Below, one piece after another: positions 1 to 11,143 of a stretch of 38,607 nucleotides of DNA (position 1 is its first letter; each line of letters begins with the position of its first letter). The notes under the pieces were generated by a model, which did not search any database, was not told the origin of the DNA, and was given only the letters and a program-made list of their open reading frames with translations. The translations under genes were made by a program, and so were the position numbers. Origin of the DNA: Saprolegnia diclina VS20 (taxonomy: Eukaryota). The stretch is taken from contig NW_008246142.1 of assembly GCF_000281045.1 (NCBI RefSeq), positions 108,050 through 146,656 of the forward strand. The letters run 5' to 3'.

Positions 1-492
1 GAAGACGAGCCAGGGGGTGGCGACGCAGTTGATACCGAGAATGATCGCATACGCCAACGAGATGCGATGCTGGACGATGCTGTGCGCCATGGTGGAGGCC
101 ACGTACGTCTCGCACGCAACCTCGACCAAGTGGGCGAGTGCGATGCGGGCGTTGGCCGAGACGGGAAGTGACGGCACCTTGCGCACCAGCGTGTATATCC
201 AGTGTCGCCGTGAAGACGTGATGCACGGCGATAAAATCGGACTCCAATGCAGGAGCGCGATGGCGCCAAAGACGTACGCAGACAACTTCATGTACGCGCC
301 GCCGAGAATGACGACGGCTGCGGGCGTGGCCGTGTAGTGCAGCGCTGCGAGGGCCACGAAGTACGTGCCCGTGAGCAAGTGCTGGACGAACACGAGGAAG
401 CATAGGGCGCCGTCGACGTACGGGTCCCAGTCGTCTTCGTCGATGGATGCTCGCCAGCCCACGTCGTTCGCATCCGGGCTCACTGCGGACAT
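1..492 (-). CDS. 5' part of a multi-pass membrane protein (oomycete-type, runs off the window edge)
   Basis: Not in the ORF track because it has no stop in the window. ATG at 492 opens a frame to base 1: MSAVSPDANDVGWRASIDEDDWDPYVDGALCFLVFVQHLLTGTYFVALAALHY...AYVFGAIALLHWSP...LAHLVEVACETYVAS...ISLAYAIILGINCVATPWLVF. About 4 hydrophobic segments and genome-typical codon usage. Confidence 0.7.
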   Translation of the reverse strand, partial: MSAVSPDANDVGWRASIDEDDWDPYVDGALCFLVFVQHLLTGTYFVALAALHYTATPAAVVILGGAYMKLSAYVFGAIALLHWSPILSPCITSSRRHWIYTLVRKVPSLPVSANARIALAHLVEVACETYVASTMAHSIVQHRISLAYAIILGINCVATPWLVF

Positions 493-1136
493 TGTCAGGT
501 GCAGAATGGCAGAACCGAAATAGGTCCGCACTCAGCGTTTCATGATCGAGAAAGGCGCTTGTTCATGCATGGGTCCGCCACGTCATTCTTGTGTGATGCG
601 GGCGATTGCTGTGTTGCTTTCTCTTCTGGGTTGGTGCTCACTGAGCACGTCGACAGCAAGTTGGCAACCTTGAACTCCCTACATGTGCATACTCGTAGCG
701 ACGCCACCATGGAACTGATGTCATTGCTCGGGTTAGGGGATGACTCCCTCGACGACTTGGTCGGTGAGAGTTATTTGGGCAGAGAGATGACAAACCTGGG
801 TAGACACTTAACAAAATGGCAGGCGCCACCACGACCTCCTTGTCCCAATGCTGACCAAGGTTTACGTCCCCACTCGGGTACTGGGTGCTGAGAGGCTGCA
901 GTACACATAGCTGAAACGCAAGTAGAGGTGTAGCACCGATCTCGACGTGAGCGAAATAACGGGCTCATCGACGCGCATGAGTCCTGTAGAGACAAAAGCT
1001 ATGGTCATTGCGGGCGTCGCCAACGACGACCAAGACAGTGCTACCGTAGATTGACGTCTCTGTAATCGCCTGTATGGACGGCATCGCTACAAGCTCTGCC
1101 GCTCTACTCCTACTCGGCGGTTTTGCTGCATTGCAA

Positions 1137-2364
1137 CTAGGCTGCGTCGACCCACGCCTTGATGAGCGTGCTGTCATAGGAGGTTGTGAGAATCTTGGTC
1201 GACGACGCGAACGCGACGCCCGTCATGAGATCGTCGCCGGCGCGGTGCGAGTGCTCGAGTTCGAAGCGGAGACCCGTGGCACCGGCGTCGTCCTTGAGCT
1301 TCCACACGTGCAGATAGCCGTCTTCGCCGACCGTCGCGACGCGGTCGTTGTGCACGTCGAGCGCCGAGAGATGGCGCGAGTGCGCGCCGACGTCCGCCGA
1401 GATGACGCCATCGTGCATATCGACGAGCCGTAATTTCCCAGTTGTATCGCCCGTGAGCACCCAGCGCGTCTGGAAGCATCGGAGGCTCGTGGTCGGAAAC
1501 GACGTGCCTTGGATCACTTGCTTCTTCTCGAGCCCCGAGGGCTCAACCCCCCAGACGATGAGCGTGCCGTCGTCGTCGCTGCTGACAGCCAGTGGCTCCT
1601 TTGCACTGCCGTTGGTTGCTACCGCCTGCACGGCCGCTTCATACAAACGTGAGGCAGTGAAGTACAGAGCTCAAGAGGTACCGTTGTGGCCCTTAACGGT
1701 CGACTGGAGGTGGAATTCCGAGTGGTCACGACCCTTGGCCTCGCCCGCCGCAGTTTGCGACAGCATGTAGAGCTTGCCGAGCGACGAGCCTACGCAGACG
1801 TGACGTTCTAATGCTGCAAGGGACGCAAAACGTACCCACGAGGATCGACTTGGTCGTGGTCTCGGCGCAGATCCCGCGGCAAAAGTGGTATTCGCCCTCT
1901 ATATCTCGCGTGTGCATCCTGACGGACAGTGCAAGATGACGGTACCGCTGCCACTGGGCGGCTCCTTGGTAAGCGCCAGCGAAAAGTACAAGTGTTCGCC
2001 GAGAAGATCCCAGATCTAGTGGAGTTGCGCGCTCGACGGACGCGTTGACATTCGTCACGTCGGTACCTGGCAGCCCGACTCGTTGGCGATCACGAGAAGC
2101 TGCTCGCGCTCAAACGCGCACACGAGCGCTTGGTAAACGACAGTCTTCTCGACGAGCGAGACCTTGTTGGGCTTGGCGTTGGTCGTGGTGTTGAAGACAA
2201 CCACGTCCTCCATGGAGGCAAAGGCCTACGCGGAGGCGGATTCGAACCGGCATGGCCGCTGCAGGTAGCGCTCCTACCACATAATCACCGGCGCGCGAGA
2301 GGTTGCCGGGCAGGAGCGACGGCGACACGTCCATCTCGACGGCTTCCGCGGTCGTCACCCACAT
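1137..2364 (-). CDS. WDR54: WD40 repeat protein, WDR54-like (multi-exon)
   Basis: The spliced reading from ATG 2364 (first intron 2226-2277, next donor at 2066) gives MWVTTAEAVEMDVSPSLLPGNLS...LVIANESGCQIWD...HFCRGICA...ILVGT...SSDDDGTLIVW...AHSRHLSALD...ATVGEDGYLHVWKL...LMTGVAF...TTSYD. This parallels WDR54 motifs recalled from memory (NNLS, FARGIA, TADDSG, AHARAICALD, AGEDTFVHIWKL, TGYD). Confidence 0.75.
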
Positions 2365-2986
2365 CGTTTCGCAAAACCAATTTGATATCTTTCCGGTTGT
2401 GCAATTCACGCGCAACCGGATACGGATACGAAGCGTCAGCCTCAAGCGCTGCCAAAAAGTGTTTGGCCGCGGACGTGGAGCTCTGGCGTCCTGTCTGTTG
2501 AAGCTCAATCGCGGAGCTCAGTCGTGGCAATGATATGTGCGTGAATTCTAGTCAATCCAAGCGCCGTCTTACGTACTTTAAGGCGGCTACTGGTCGAAAT
2601 ACATCGTAATCCATGGTTTTTCATCAAAAGCTTCGACTGATTGGTTAAAAGGCATCACAAAGAACTCAAGCCGCATCACTGCACTTAAAAGCCAGGCTCC
2701 GCGCGTGTCACCGTGCTGCAGACCTTTCAATATATTTCTCCTCTTTCTTTGCATATCATGTACGTAAACTTCAAGACACGAAAATCGAGCCAAAAAGCTG
2801 GACGTGCATGAGATTCTTAGTGTCCCACGTAGGCCCTTCTCATTGCGATATCGGTCATTGCTTTCACTTAGCAAGCACTTCGATGCACTGCAGCTGGTAC
2901 CAGCAAAACAAGTCATTTCCATACAGTCCATGTTGGCCGTATATACTCCTCGGTGGGGCTGCTACAAAGGCGCAAAGCGTATCGAG

Positions 2987-5236
2987 TTAGAACGCGACAA
3001 CGTCGATCCATTGGTTGGTGCTGGCGTTGTGGCACTCCCACACCTGCGCCACATGACTCGGGTTAGTCGGATCGACGTCCAAGCACAAGTTGTTGTGCGT
3101 CGCGTGCTTGATCTTGTGGTTGGCCGCATCGATGATCCACTTTTGGTTGTCGTTGGTAGCGTCGCAGGCATACGTGTGAAGACCAAACTTGTCGCCGTCA
3201 CGGAAGGCGTCGAGGCACTGGCCGTTGCTGGCCGCCTGGAGCGTCTTGGCGTTGGAGTCGTACGTAAAGAGCTCGTTGGCCGAGTCCGAGACCCAGTTGG
3301 CGTAAACGCCCGAGTAAAACTCGGAGATGGCCTTCTTGTCCTTGGTGACGAGCTTGACGTAGCTCTTGGCAGCCGGCGCTTCCTCGCACTTGGTGAACCA
3401 CTGGCTGATACCACCGGTACAGTCGGCGACAAAAGGCGACGCACCCGGCGTGAGGTGGGCCGACTCGAGGCAGAGGTTGCGCACCGTCAAGTGGCGAAGG
3501 CTGTGCGAGTTGGGTTCAAAGCCCCACTTCTGCGCCGACCCGCCCGTGCACGCGTAGAGGCGCACCTGGTTCTTGCCCTGGACGTCCTGGTAGACGTCGA
3601 GGCACGTCGCGTTGTTGCTCTGCGACTGGATCGACTGGTCGTCAAAGTTGTACCAGAACTTTTCGTTGAAATTCTTCTTCTCCGTGTCGACAAAGAGCTG
3701 GCCGTTCCACTCGGAGAGAACGCTGTGCTTGTAGTTGCAAAGCGAGATGGTCGCCGCAGGCTTGAGAGGCGCCGACGTCGGAGCCGGCGGCGGCACCGGG
3801 AGCTTGCCATCCTTGATGATCTTGGCAACGTTGACGCGACCGTAACCATATCGGTTGTTGGGCCACGCCTTATCCGAGACGCCGCCACAGTTGGGTGCGC
3901 CAGGAAGCGTGCGGTTGCGCGAGAGGAGCCACTTTTCCGGCTCGGCTTGCAAGATGGACTGCTCGGTCGTCGTCGTGAGGTAGTGGTAGATCTCGTCGTA
4001 CGTCAAGTCCTTCTGCACCGACTTGAGCAGAGCGACGACACCGGCAACATGGGGGGCTGCCATCGAGGTACCCGCCTCGTACTCGTACAACGTGTCGCTC
4101 GTGTTGAGGGCCGAGTACGTAAAGAAGCCGGGTGCTGAAACGTCGGGCTTGACGATCGTGTGCACCTGATTCAAACGGTCGACGTACTGCGCCGGGCCCT
4201 TGGACGAAAAGTACGCAAGCTGCGTCGGGTCGTCCGTGCGCGAGCCAATCGCGCCGACCGAAATAACGTTGGGGTAGTTGGCCGGGTTGCCGGCCGTCGC
4301 GCAGGCAGGGCCTTCGTTACCGTTGGCAAAGATGGGTGTGATACCGGCCTTGTGCCACGCGTCGACGATGTCTTGATACCACGGGTCGGTGCTAGAGTCA
4401 CTGCCCCACGAGTTGTTGACGACGTTGGCGCCCTTCTTGCAGTCGGGGCGCGACCCGTCCGTTTCGGTCGGGCACATCATGAACTCGGCGCACTCAATCA
4501 AGGCCGCGTTCGTACCACCGCCAACATACAAGCCACGGCACGAGATGAACTGGGCACCAGGGGCAACACCGATACCATAGTCACCGACCATGGTGCCGAT
4601 CGTGTGGGTGCCGTGGCCATCGATGTCTTCGGGCACCGCCGTTTGAAGGTACGGGTCGTACCAGCCCTTGGCCTGGCGCCACTTGGACTGGATGGCCTCG
4701 TGCGTGTGGCGAACACCCGTGTCGATCGAGCCAACGACGACGCCTTCGCCCTTGGTCGTCTTCCAGACGTCAGTAGCGCCAATCGTCTTGACACCCCACT
4801 GAATGCCCGTCGGACGAGAGTTGTCAATAGGCGAGTTGTCCAGCGTACTGTCCTTCTTGAGGACCGGGCTGAGCTTGATCGTCTTGACCACGTCGACTTT
4901 GAGAACGTTGTCGAGCGTGGCGATCTTGTCGGCAAGCGCACGGTCAACCTTCTCGACCGTGGCCGCGTTTGTGATCCAGAACGCCTTGACCTTGCGGTCA
5001 CCGACAATCTCGGACAGCGTCTGCTTGCGGTCGTTAGCCACGGTGGTTGCCTCGTCAAAAAGAGCCTGGCGACGCTCCACAGCCGTCACCGTCGCGGTTT
5101 CCGTCTCGGCCGCCGGCGACGACTTGAACGTGATAAAGGCAGTGAACGTCGCATCTTGCTCGATCGCACGCAGCGCCGAGCTGGTAATCTTGGCGTATAC
5201 TGGCGCGAGCACGGACGCAAGAGCAAAAATCTTCAT
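2987..5236 (-). CDS. Secreted subtilisin-like serine protease (S8) with prodomain and two C-terminal ricin-B lectin domains, 749 aa
   Basis: Signal-like MKIFALASVLAPVYA at 5236 (the ORF track start at 5374 is too far upstream). Catalytic triad motifs IDTG, HGTH and GTSMAAPHV; oxyanion ANGNEG; Pro linker; CLD...C...NQKW/NQW ricin repeats. Intronless. Confidence 0.93.
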   Translation of the reverse strand: MKIFALASVLAPVYAKITSSALRAIEQDATFTAFITFKSSPAAETETATVTAVERRQALFDEATTVANDRKQTLSEIVGDRKVKAFWITNAATVEKVDRALADKIATLDNVLKVDVVKTIKLSPVLKKDSTLDNSPIDNSRPTGIQWGVKTIGATDVWKTTKGEGVVVGSIDTGVRHTHEAIQSKWRQAKGWYDPYLQTAVPEDIDGHGTHTIGTMVGDYGIGVAPGAQFISCRGLYVGGGTNAALIECAEFMMCPTETDGSRPDCKKGANVVNNSWGSDSSTDPWYQDIVDAWHKAGITPIFANGNEGPACATAGNPANYPNVISVGAIGSRTDDPTQLAYFSSKGPAQYVDRLNQVHTIVKPDVSAPGFFTYSALNTSDTLYEYEAGTSMAAPHVAGVVALLKSVQKDLTYDEIYHYLTTTTEQSILQAEPEKWLLSRNRTLPGAPNCGGVSDKAWPNNRYGYGRVNVAKIIKDGKLPVPPPAPTSAPLKPAATISLCNYKHSVLSEWNGQLFVDTEKKNFNEKFWYNFDDQSIQSQSNNATCLDVYQDVQGKNQVRLYACTGGSAQKWGFEPNSHSLRHLTVRNLCLESAHLTPGASPFVADCTGGISQWFTKCEEAPAAKSYVKLVTKDKKAISEFYSGVYANWVSDSANELFTYDSNAKTLQAASNGQCLDAFRDGDKFGLHTYACDATNDNQKWIIDAANHKIKHATHNNLCLDVDPTNPSHVAQVWECHNASTNQWIDVVAF

Positions 5237-5258
5237 CGTCAACGTGCGTTGGACCGAG

Positions 5259-5275
5259 TCAATTGCCGAATGAGA
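5259..5275 (-). promoter_or_regulatory. Oomycete INR/FPR-like core promoter of subtilase 1
   Basis: The minus strand reads CTCATTCGGCAATTGAC about 25 nt upstream of ATG 5236, resembling the TCAYT..CAWTTT initiator/flanking element. Confidence 0.45.
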
Positions 5276-6397
5276 GTGGTGGCGTGAATTCTGACTCGCC
5301 GTTGGCGTGATTGGTGCAACATATGTGTTGCTGCAGATGTTGACATTGAGACATGTACCGATCTGAGTTTGCATCGCGTGCGGTCACGTGGGTACTAGTA
5401 GGAATGAACACACACCTAGTAGTAGCAGTAGTAGTGTAGTGGGTACTAGTACTTCGATACGTCGATGGCTAGCATTGTGAGCGGTTTTCTGGCGTGGGGC
5501 CCGTCTACACATCGATTGCGTTGACTTGGATGACGGCGGCACGGCAGTTCATTTCTAAATAATTTTCTCCGCATCTTCCTAATGGGGTGAAATGCAATAA
5601 CGATTTATTATACCAACCATAACGGCAACTTCCACTGCAATGGTATTGTACACAAATGAGTTCACTTTCGCCACAGAGTCCCCGCTTGTCATGAATAAAA
5701 ACGCACGTGTCATGCATCGGACTTTGCTCTGCGCACAACCACTTTGACAGTCACTAGGACTATGGCGATTTAAGGCCTCTTGTAACCAATTCTTGCAACC
5801 GTGTTTTCCTATGTCATATGATCCTCGAAAGTGATGCGTTGCATCTGATTTTGGTGATTGGGCGTCAAGAACGCACCCTGGATATCTGAGAATGGATACA
5901 CATGTCCCGCCAGGATCTGATTTTCTAATGCGAACTAGTACCATTCCAGACAAGGGCATGATCAGGCGCTTTTGAGCAGGGCCAAAAAAAGTCTGCTCAC
6001 CGCAGCGCAGCGACGGTCGAGCGCTGACTTTTGTGTGGATCACCGCGCGGCCATCGCAAATAGATAACGCTTCGCATGCACGTCCAATTCTTTTGAAGGT
6101 TCTACCAGCTCACCCCGCAAGGGATATACATGTTTTCCCAAGGCCGATGCACCGGTAATACCGCTAAACTTGTGTCTCGAATCAAAGCCTCATGGGCGTA
6201 CCGGTATCCATGACCGGTATCCGTGTCGTTTGCATTTTGTGACCGTTTCCTTGGCGCCCGAGGTCTGATTTTCGAGTTGGATTCACAGCCTGTCTTTTCA
6301 CATGTTTTGGCCACGTCTCAACCCCAAAAGTCGCAAAGATCTGGATAGCATGCATGTACCCGGTATCAGACACTCCTGGGCTACCGGCCTCCGTTTG

Positions 6398-6415
6398 TTC
6401 ATTTTCAAATTTGCC
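6398..6415 (+). promoter_or_regulatory. Oomycete INR/FPR core promoter of subtilase 2
   Basis: TTCATTTTCAAATTTGCC lies about 30 nt upstream of ATG 6444 and is a good match to the oomycete INR+FPR consensus. Confidence 0.6.
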
Positions 6416-6443
6416 ACCTTTGGCTCCAAGCGTGTCAAATCCT

Positions 6444-8673
6444 ATGAAGGCCTTCCTCATCCTCTCGACGATGGCGGCGGCGGCGTCGGCCAAGGTCGCC
6501 AGCTCCGTGCTCCGCGCCCTTGAAATCGACGGCAACGCCGATGTTTTTGTCCGGTTCGCGGACGCCTCGTCGGCGCTTGAAGCCGCGACGCTCGAGTCCA
6601 ACAAGCCGCTCGAGCGCCAAGAAGTCTTTGAAATTCTCTCGGACGCCACGGCGACGGGCCAAAAGAGCATCGAAGCGGCCACCGCCGGGTTCGAAGTGAC
6701 GCCGACGTGGATCGTCTCGGGCGCGTTCATCAAGGCCGCCGACAAGGCGCTCATCGAGAAGCTGACGCGCAACCAAGTCATCAAGTCGGTCGAGCAAGTT
6801 CCCGACATGCAGCTCGACCCGGTGCTCTCCAAGCCCACGACCGAGGCTGTCGCTGCCGCCGCTGCGTCGCCCAACCAGTGGGGTATCGACGCGATCGGCG
6901 CCTCGGATGTCTGGAAGTACGCCAACGGCTCGGGTATTGTCATTGGCTCGATCGACACGGGCGCCCGCCATACGCATCTGNNNNNNNNNNNNNNNNNNNN
7001 NNNNNNNNNNNNNNNNNNNNNNNNNNNNNNNNNNNNNNNNNNNNNNNNNNNNNNNNNNNNNNNNNNNNNNNNNNNNNNNNNNNNNNNNNNNNNNNNNNNN
7101 NNNNNNNNNNNNNNNNNNNNNNNNNNNNNNNNNNNNNNNNNNNNNNNNNNNNNNNNNNNNNNNNNNNNNNNNNNNNNNNNNNNNNACGCATCCCGACTGC
7201 TCCAAGGGCGCGGACGTCATCAACAACTCGTGGGGCGGCAAGACCTTCCACCCAGTGTATGAAGAAGCCATTGCGTCGATCCGCAAGGCCGGCATCACGC
7301 CCATCTTTGCCAACGGCAACGAAGGCCCGGCTTGCGGGACGACGGGTAGCCCCGGGACGTACCCGAATGTTATCTCGGTCGGCGCCATTGGCTCGTACAC
7401 GAACGAGCCCAACAAGCTCGCGTTCTTCTCGTCCAAGGGCCCTGGCAAGTACATTGACGCGCACAACGTGCCGCAGACGATCGTCAAGCCGACAGTCTCG
7501 GCCCCCGGCTTCTTTACGCTCTCAGCCTACAACAACAGCGACACGGGACTCGCGTACCTTGCGGGTACGTCGATGGCGGCGCCGCACGTTGCGGGTGTCG
7601 TCGCGCTCCTCAAGTCGATCAAGCGTGACCTGACGTACGACGAGATTTACGCCTATTTGACGCAGACCGCCGACCGAACGCTCGAGGGCGAGCCCAAGGA
7701 GTGGCTCGTGCCCAACAAGACGTCCAACGGCACGGATGTGTACCCCGGTGCCTTCAACTGCGGCGGCGTCGACGACACCACGTGGCCCAACAACCGGTAC
7801 GGCTACGGCCGCGTCAATGTCGCCAAGATCCTTGCCGGGGGCAAGTTTGCATCGGTTGCGACACCGACGCCGGTGCCCCGAACGACGCCGCCGGCGCCAC
7901 TCGAAACGAACTTTTGCACGTACAAGAAGACGGCCCTCTCCGAGTGGAACCACGGCCTGTACATCGACACGATCAAGAACAACAAGAACGAAGGCTTCAC
8001 GATTGACCGCGTCGGCAACCTCATTGCAGCGTACGCGCCGCCCAAGGAAGACTCGTTTTGCCTGGCGCTCACCAAGGACACAACCAACACCAACACGGCG
8101 ACGCTCACCAAGTGCAAGGGTGACGAGACGCAGATTTGGAAGTTTGACGCTGCCGCCAAGCGCATCGTTCACCCCGCGTCGGGCTTTTGCTTGACTTTCA
8201 ACGCCGCCAAGCTCGGTGCCGGCCCCAGCGTCGCCCCGTGCTCGCCCAGCGCTGTGAGCCAGTACTTCGACGCGTGCGACAACGTCAAGGCGAAGAGCTA
8301 CGTCAAGCTCATCACCAAGAGCAACAAGGTCATCTCGGAATTCTATTCGGGCGTTTACGCCGACTGGGTCTCGGACTCGGCCAACGAGCTCTTTACGTAC
8401 GACTCCAACGCCAAGACGCTCCAGGCGGCCAGCAACGGCCAGTGCCTCGATGCCTTCCGTGACGGCGACAAGTTTGGTCTTCACACGTACGCCTGCGACG
8501 CTACCAACGACAACCAAAAGTGGATCATCGATGCGGCCAACCACAAGATCAAGCACGCGACGCACAACAACTTGTGCTTGGACGTCGACCCGACTAACCC
8601 GAGTCACGTGGCGCAGGTGTGGGAGTGCCACAACGCCAACACCAACCAATGGATCGACGCTGTAGCGTACTAA
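6444..8673 (+). CDS. Secreted S8 subtilase with two ricin-B lectin domains (paralog of 2987-5236), interrupted by an assembly gap
   Basis: Signal peptide MKAFLILSTMAAAASA; NQWG..IGA; IDTG; NNSWG; ANGNEG; GTSMAAPHV; NNRYGYGRVN; ricin repeats. The catalytic His falls in the N gap 6981-7185. Confidence 0.9.
6981..7185. other. Assembly gap
   Basis: Run of N inside the subtilase 2 CDS. Confidence 0.99.
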
Positions 8674-8812
8674 ATCTGTGAAGTGCATTTTGAACACAGC
8701 ATTCATGAAGTAAATCATCGAGACGAAAGCTATTGTAGTGTTTTCTTGGATAAGAAATTTGGTCGAGTTGTTCGTGGCGGTTTCTTGTTGGTATAGCTCG
8801 CAATCTAGTTTA

Positions 8813-9100
8813 NNNNNNNNNNNNNNNNNNNNNNNNNNNNNNNNNNNNNNNNNNNNNNNNNNNNNNNNNNNNNNNNNNNNNNNNNNNNNNNNNNNNNNNN
8901 NNNNNNNNNNNNNNNNNNNNNNNNNNNNNNNNNNNNNNNNNNNNNNNNNNNNNNNNNNNNNNNNNNNNNNNNNNNNNNNNNNNNNNNNNNNNNNNNNNNN
9001 NNNNNNNNNNNNNNNNNNNNNNNNNNNNNNNNNNNNNNNNNNNNNNNNNNNNNNNNNNNNNNNNNNNNNNNNNNNNNNNNNNNNNNNNNNNNNNNNNNNN
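8813..9100. other. Assembly gap
   Basis: Run of N in intergenic DNA. Confidence 0.99.
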
Positions 9101-9473
9101 AGTCAGCACAAAACTGCTCGTCGTTCATCGAAAGGGACGATGACGTGGGCAGTCGCATGATATTCCACCTGGTCTCGCACTCAATTATCGACCAATATAT
9201 TAGTTAATGGCTTGTATACATCTAGTCAGGTCATCGGGAAGAAGCGTTGCCGATAGGTTTCTCGACATGTCGTGATTCCGCCAACAGTCTCGGTATGTGT
9301 GCTTTGTGCAAAGGAGCATTTAATGGCCGAAAAAACTGGGCCCACGCTTTTGGCCAATCATAAATTAGAGAAAGGACCGGATCCTACCTTGCAATCATTT
9401 GTTTTTTGTATGGGGTGTCGAGGAAATTAATCGCGAAACCTCCGACCTACATATTTTTGGGTGAGCGGCGAGC

Positions 9474-10168
9474 ATGGCAGCCAAGGACGACGACTACGAC
9501 TACCTCTTCAAGGTCGTCCTCATCGGCGACTCGGGCGTCGGCAAGTCCAACCTCCTCTCGCGCTTCACGCGCAACGAGTTCTCGCTCGAGTCCAAGTCGA
9601 CGATCGGCGTCGAGTTTGCGACCAAGTCGATCCAAGCCGAAGGCAAGACCATCAAGGCGCAGATCTGGGATACCGCCGGGCAGGAGCGGTACCGCGCCAT
9701 CACGAGTGCCTACTACCGCGGCGCAGTCGGCGCCCTCCTCGTATACGACATCACCAAGCACCCGACCTTTGAAAACGTCGAGCGGTGGCTCAAGGAACTG
9801 CGCGACCACGCCGACGCCAACACGGTTTGCGCGCCGCGACCAAGCTGGCTGCGAATGCTGATGCGTGCTAGGTGATTATGCTTGTCGGCAACAAGAGCGA
9901 CTTGCGGCACTTGCGCGCGGTGCAGACGGACGAGGCCATGGCGTTTGCCGAGAAGCACAACCTGGCGTTCCTCGAGACGTCGGCGCTCGACGCGACCGGC
10001 GTCGACACGGCCTTCCAGCGCATCCTCACGGAAATCTACTCGCTCATGAGCCGCAAGACGATGCAGGCCCAAGAGAACGCGGCGAGCCTTCCCGCCGGCA
10101 ACAAGATTGAAATCACGGCTGAAAACTCGGGCGCGGCCAAGGCCAAGAAGAAGGGCGCGTGCTGCTAA
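9474..10168 (+). CDS. RAB11: Rab11 family small GTPase, 215 aa, one intron 9825-9871
   Basis: [76 protein letters not shown] and a C-terminal CC prenylation motif. A 47-nt GT..TAG intron joins the two track ORFs in frame. Confidence 0.97.
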
Positions 10169-10368
10169 GCGCTGTGCATACCCAACGTAGCATGATCCGA
10201 TTTACATATTGCACCTCATTTGTCGAGCGTTGTGGTTGTTGCATCGCTGCAGCCGGCGCGCCGACTGTGGCATCCTCCATGCACCCAACCACGTGCTGCA
10301 TATTGGGAGCAGAAACACGTATCCAACTTGGAAATACTCAGATTGGTGTTTAATGAAATGGTGAAAGG

Positions 10369-11143
10369 CTAGACGTCAATGGCCCGGAACGTTGGTTTAT
10401 GGCCCCGCGCCGAGTCGGGGACGCCGGCGCCCGTGTAGCGCACGGCGCTCTCGCTGTACTTGACGTCGTCGTGGTCGGTGGTCGCGCTCACGTGGCTTGC
10501 GTCGTCCTCGGCGCTCGAGCGTGGCGGCCAGAGCACGAATTTGATGTACACAAACCGCTCTTCCGGGTCAATGCCATGAAGCCAGAGCCCGACGGCAGCG
10601 AGCGAGAGCAGCCCGACGAGGTACACGGCCGCAATCTCGAGCCGCAAGAGCCCACAGCTCGCCAAGCCCGCGCTCGCATACAGAGAGCAGTCGCTGTTGT
10701 ACGCGGCGAGCGACGCACCGAGGCCGAGGCCAAACGCAATGAGAAAGAACGCAGCGTCCGTGAGGAGCTCGCGGCGCTTGGTCGGCGTCACGGTCAGCGC
10801 CTCGAGCATCGTGCTGTGGTTCAAATCGGTCCGCGTCGTGTCGTAGACGCTGCTGCGCAGCTGGCGGACGCGCCGCGCCGCTTGGACCTCGCGAACCGCG
10901 CGCCAGAGACCGTAGATGAGTGCGACGCAGAGCACGAGGAGGCACGCGTCCCACGTGGGACCGCCGAGCTGGATGGCGACGCCATGTCCGGCTTGACCTA
11001 GATGGATCTTGAGGAGGCGCGGTCATCCGGGATGACGTACCGCGTGGGAAGCTGGTCGCATGCGCAATGAGGCCGATGGCGGCGAAGAGCGTCTGCGTCA
11101 GTCGCAGGCCGGCGGCGGCAAAGTCGCGGGCAAAGTCGGCCAT
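10369..11143 (-). CDS. MARVEL/CASP-like 4-TM membrane protein, 243 aa, intron 10998-11040
   Basis: MADFARDFAAAGLRLTQTLFAAIGLIAHATSFPRG|QAGHGVAIQLGGPTWDACLLVLCVALIYG...LTDAAFFLIAFGLGLG...DC..C..LEIAAVYLVGLLSLAAVGLWL. The LR..Q in TM1, D in TM3 and Cys pair between TM3 and TM4 are MARVEL/CASP-like hallmarks. The 43-nt GTACG..CTAG intron restores the frame. Confidence 0.72.

Noticed and set aside
2804..5287. Long plus-strand ORFs (444 aa, 375 aa) opposite subtilase 1, and similar antisense ORFs opposite other genes (7522-8718, 14576-15529, 29148-30211, 31449-32099, 36183-36800)
   Set aside because: These are shadow ORFs caused by strong GC3 codon bias and repeats on the coding strand; they carry no independent motifs.
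6981..7185. Apparent frameshift or pseudogene in subtilase 2
   Set aside because: The frame change spans a 205-N gap. The paralog has about 81 codons (243 nt) there, so the gap size is simply an estimate.
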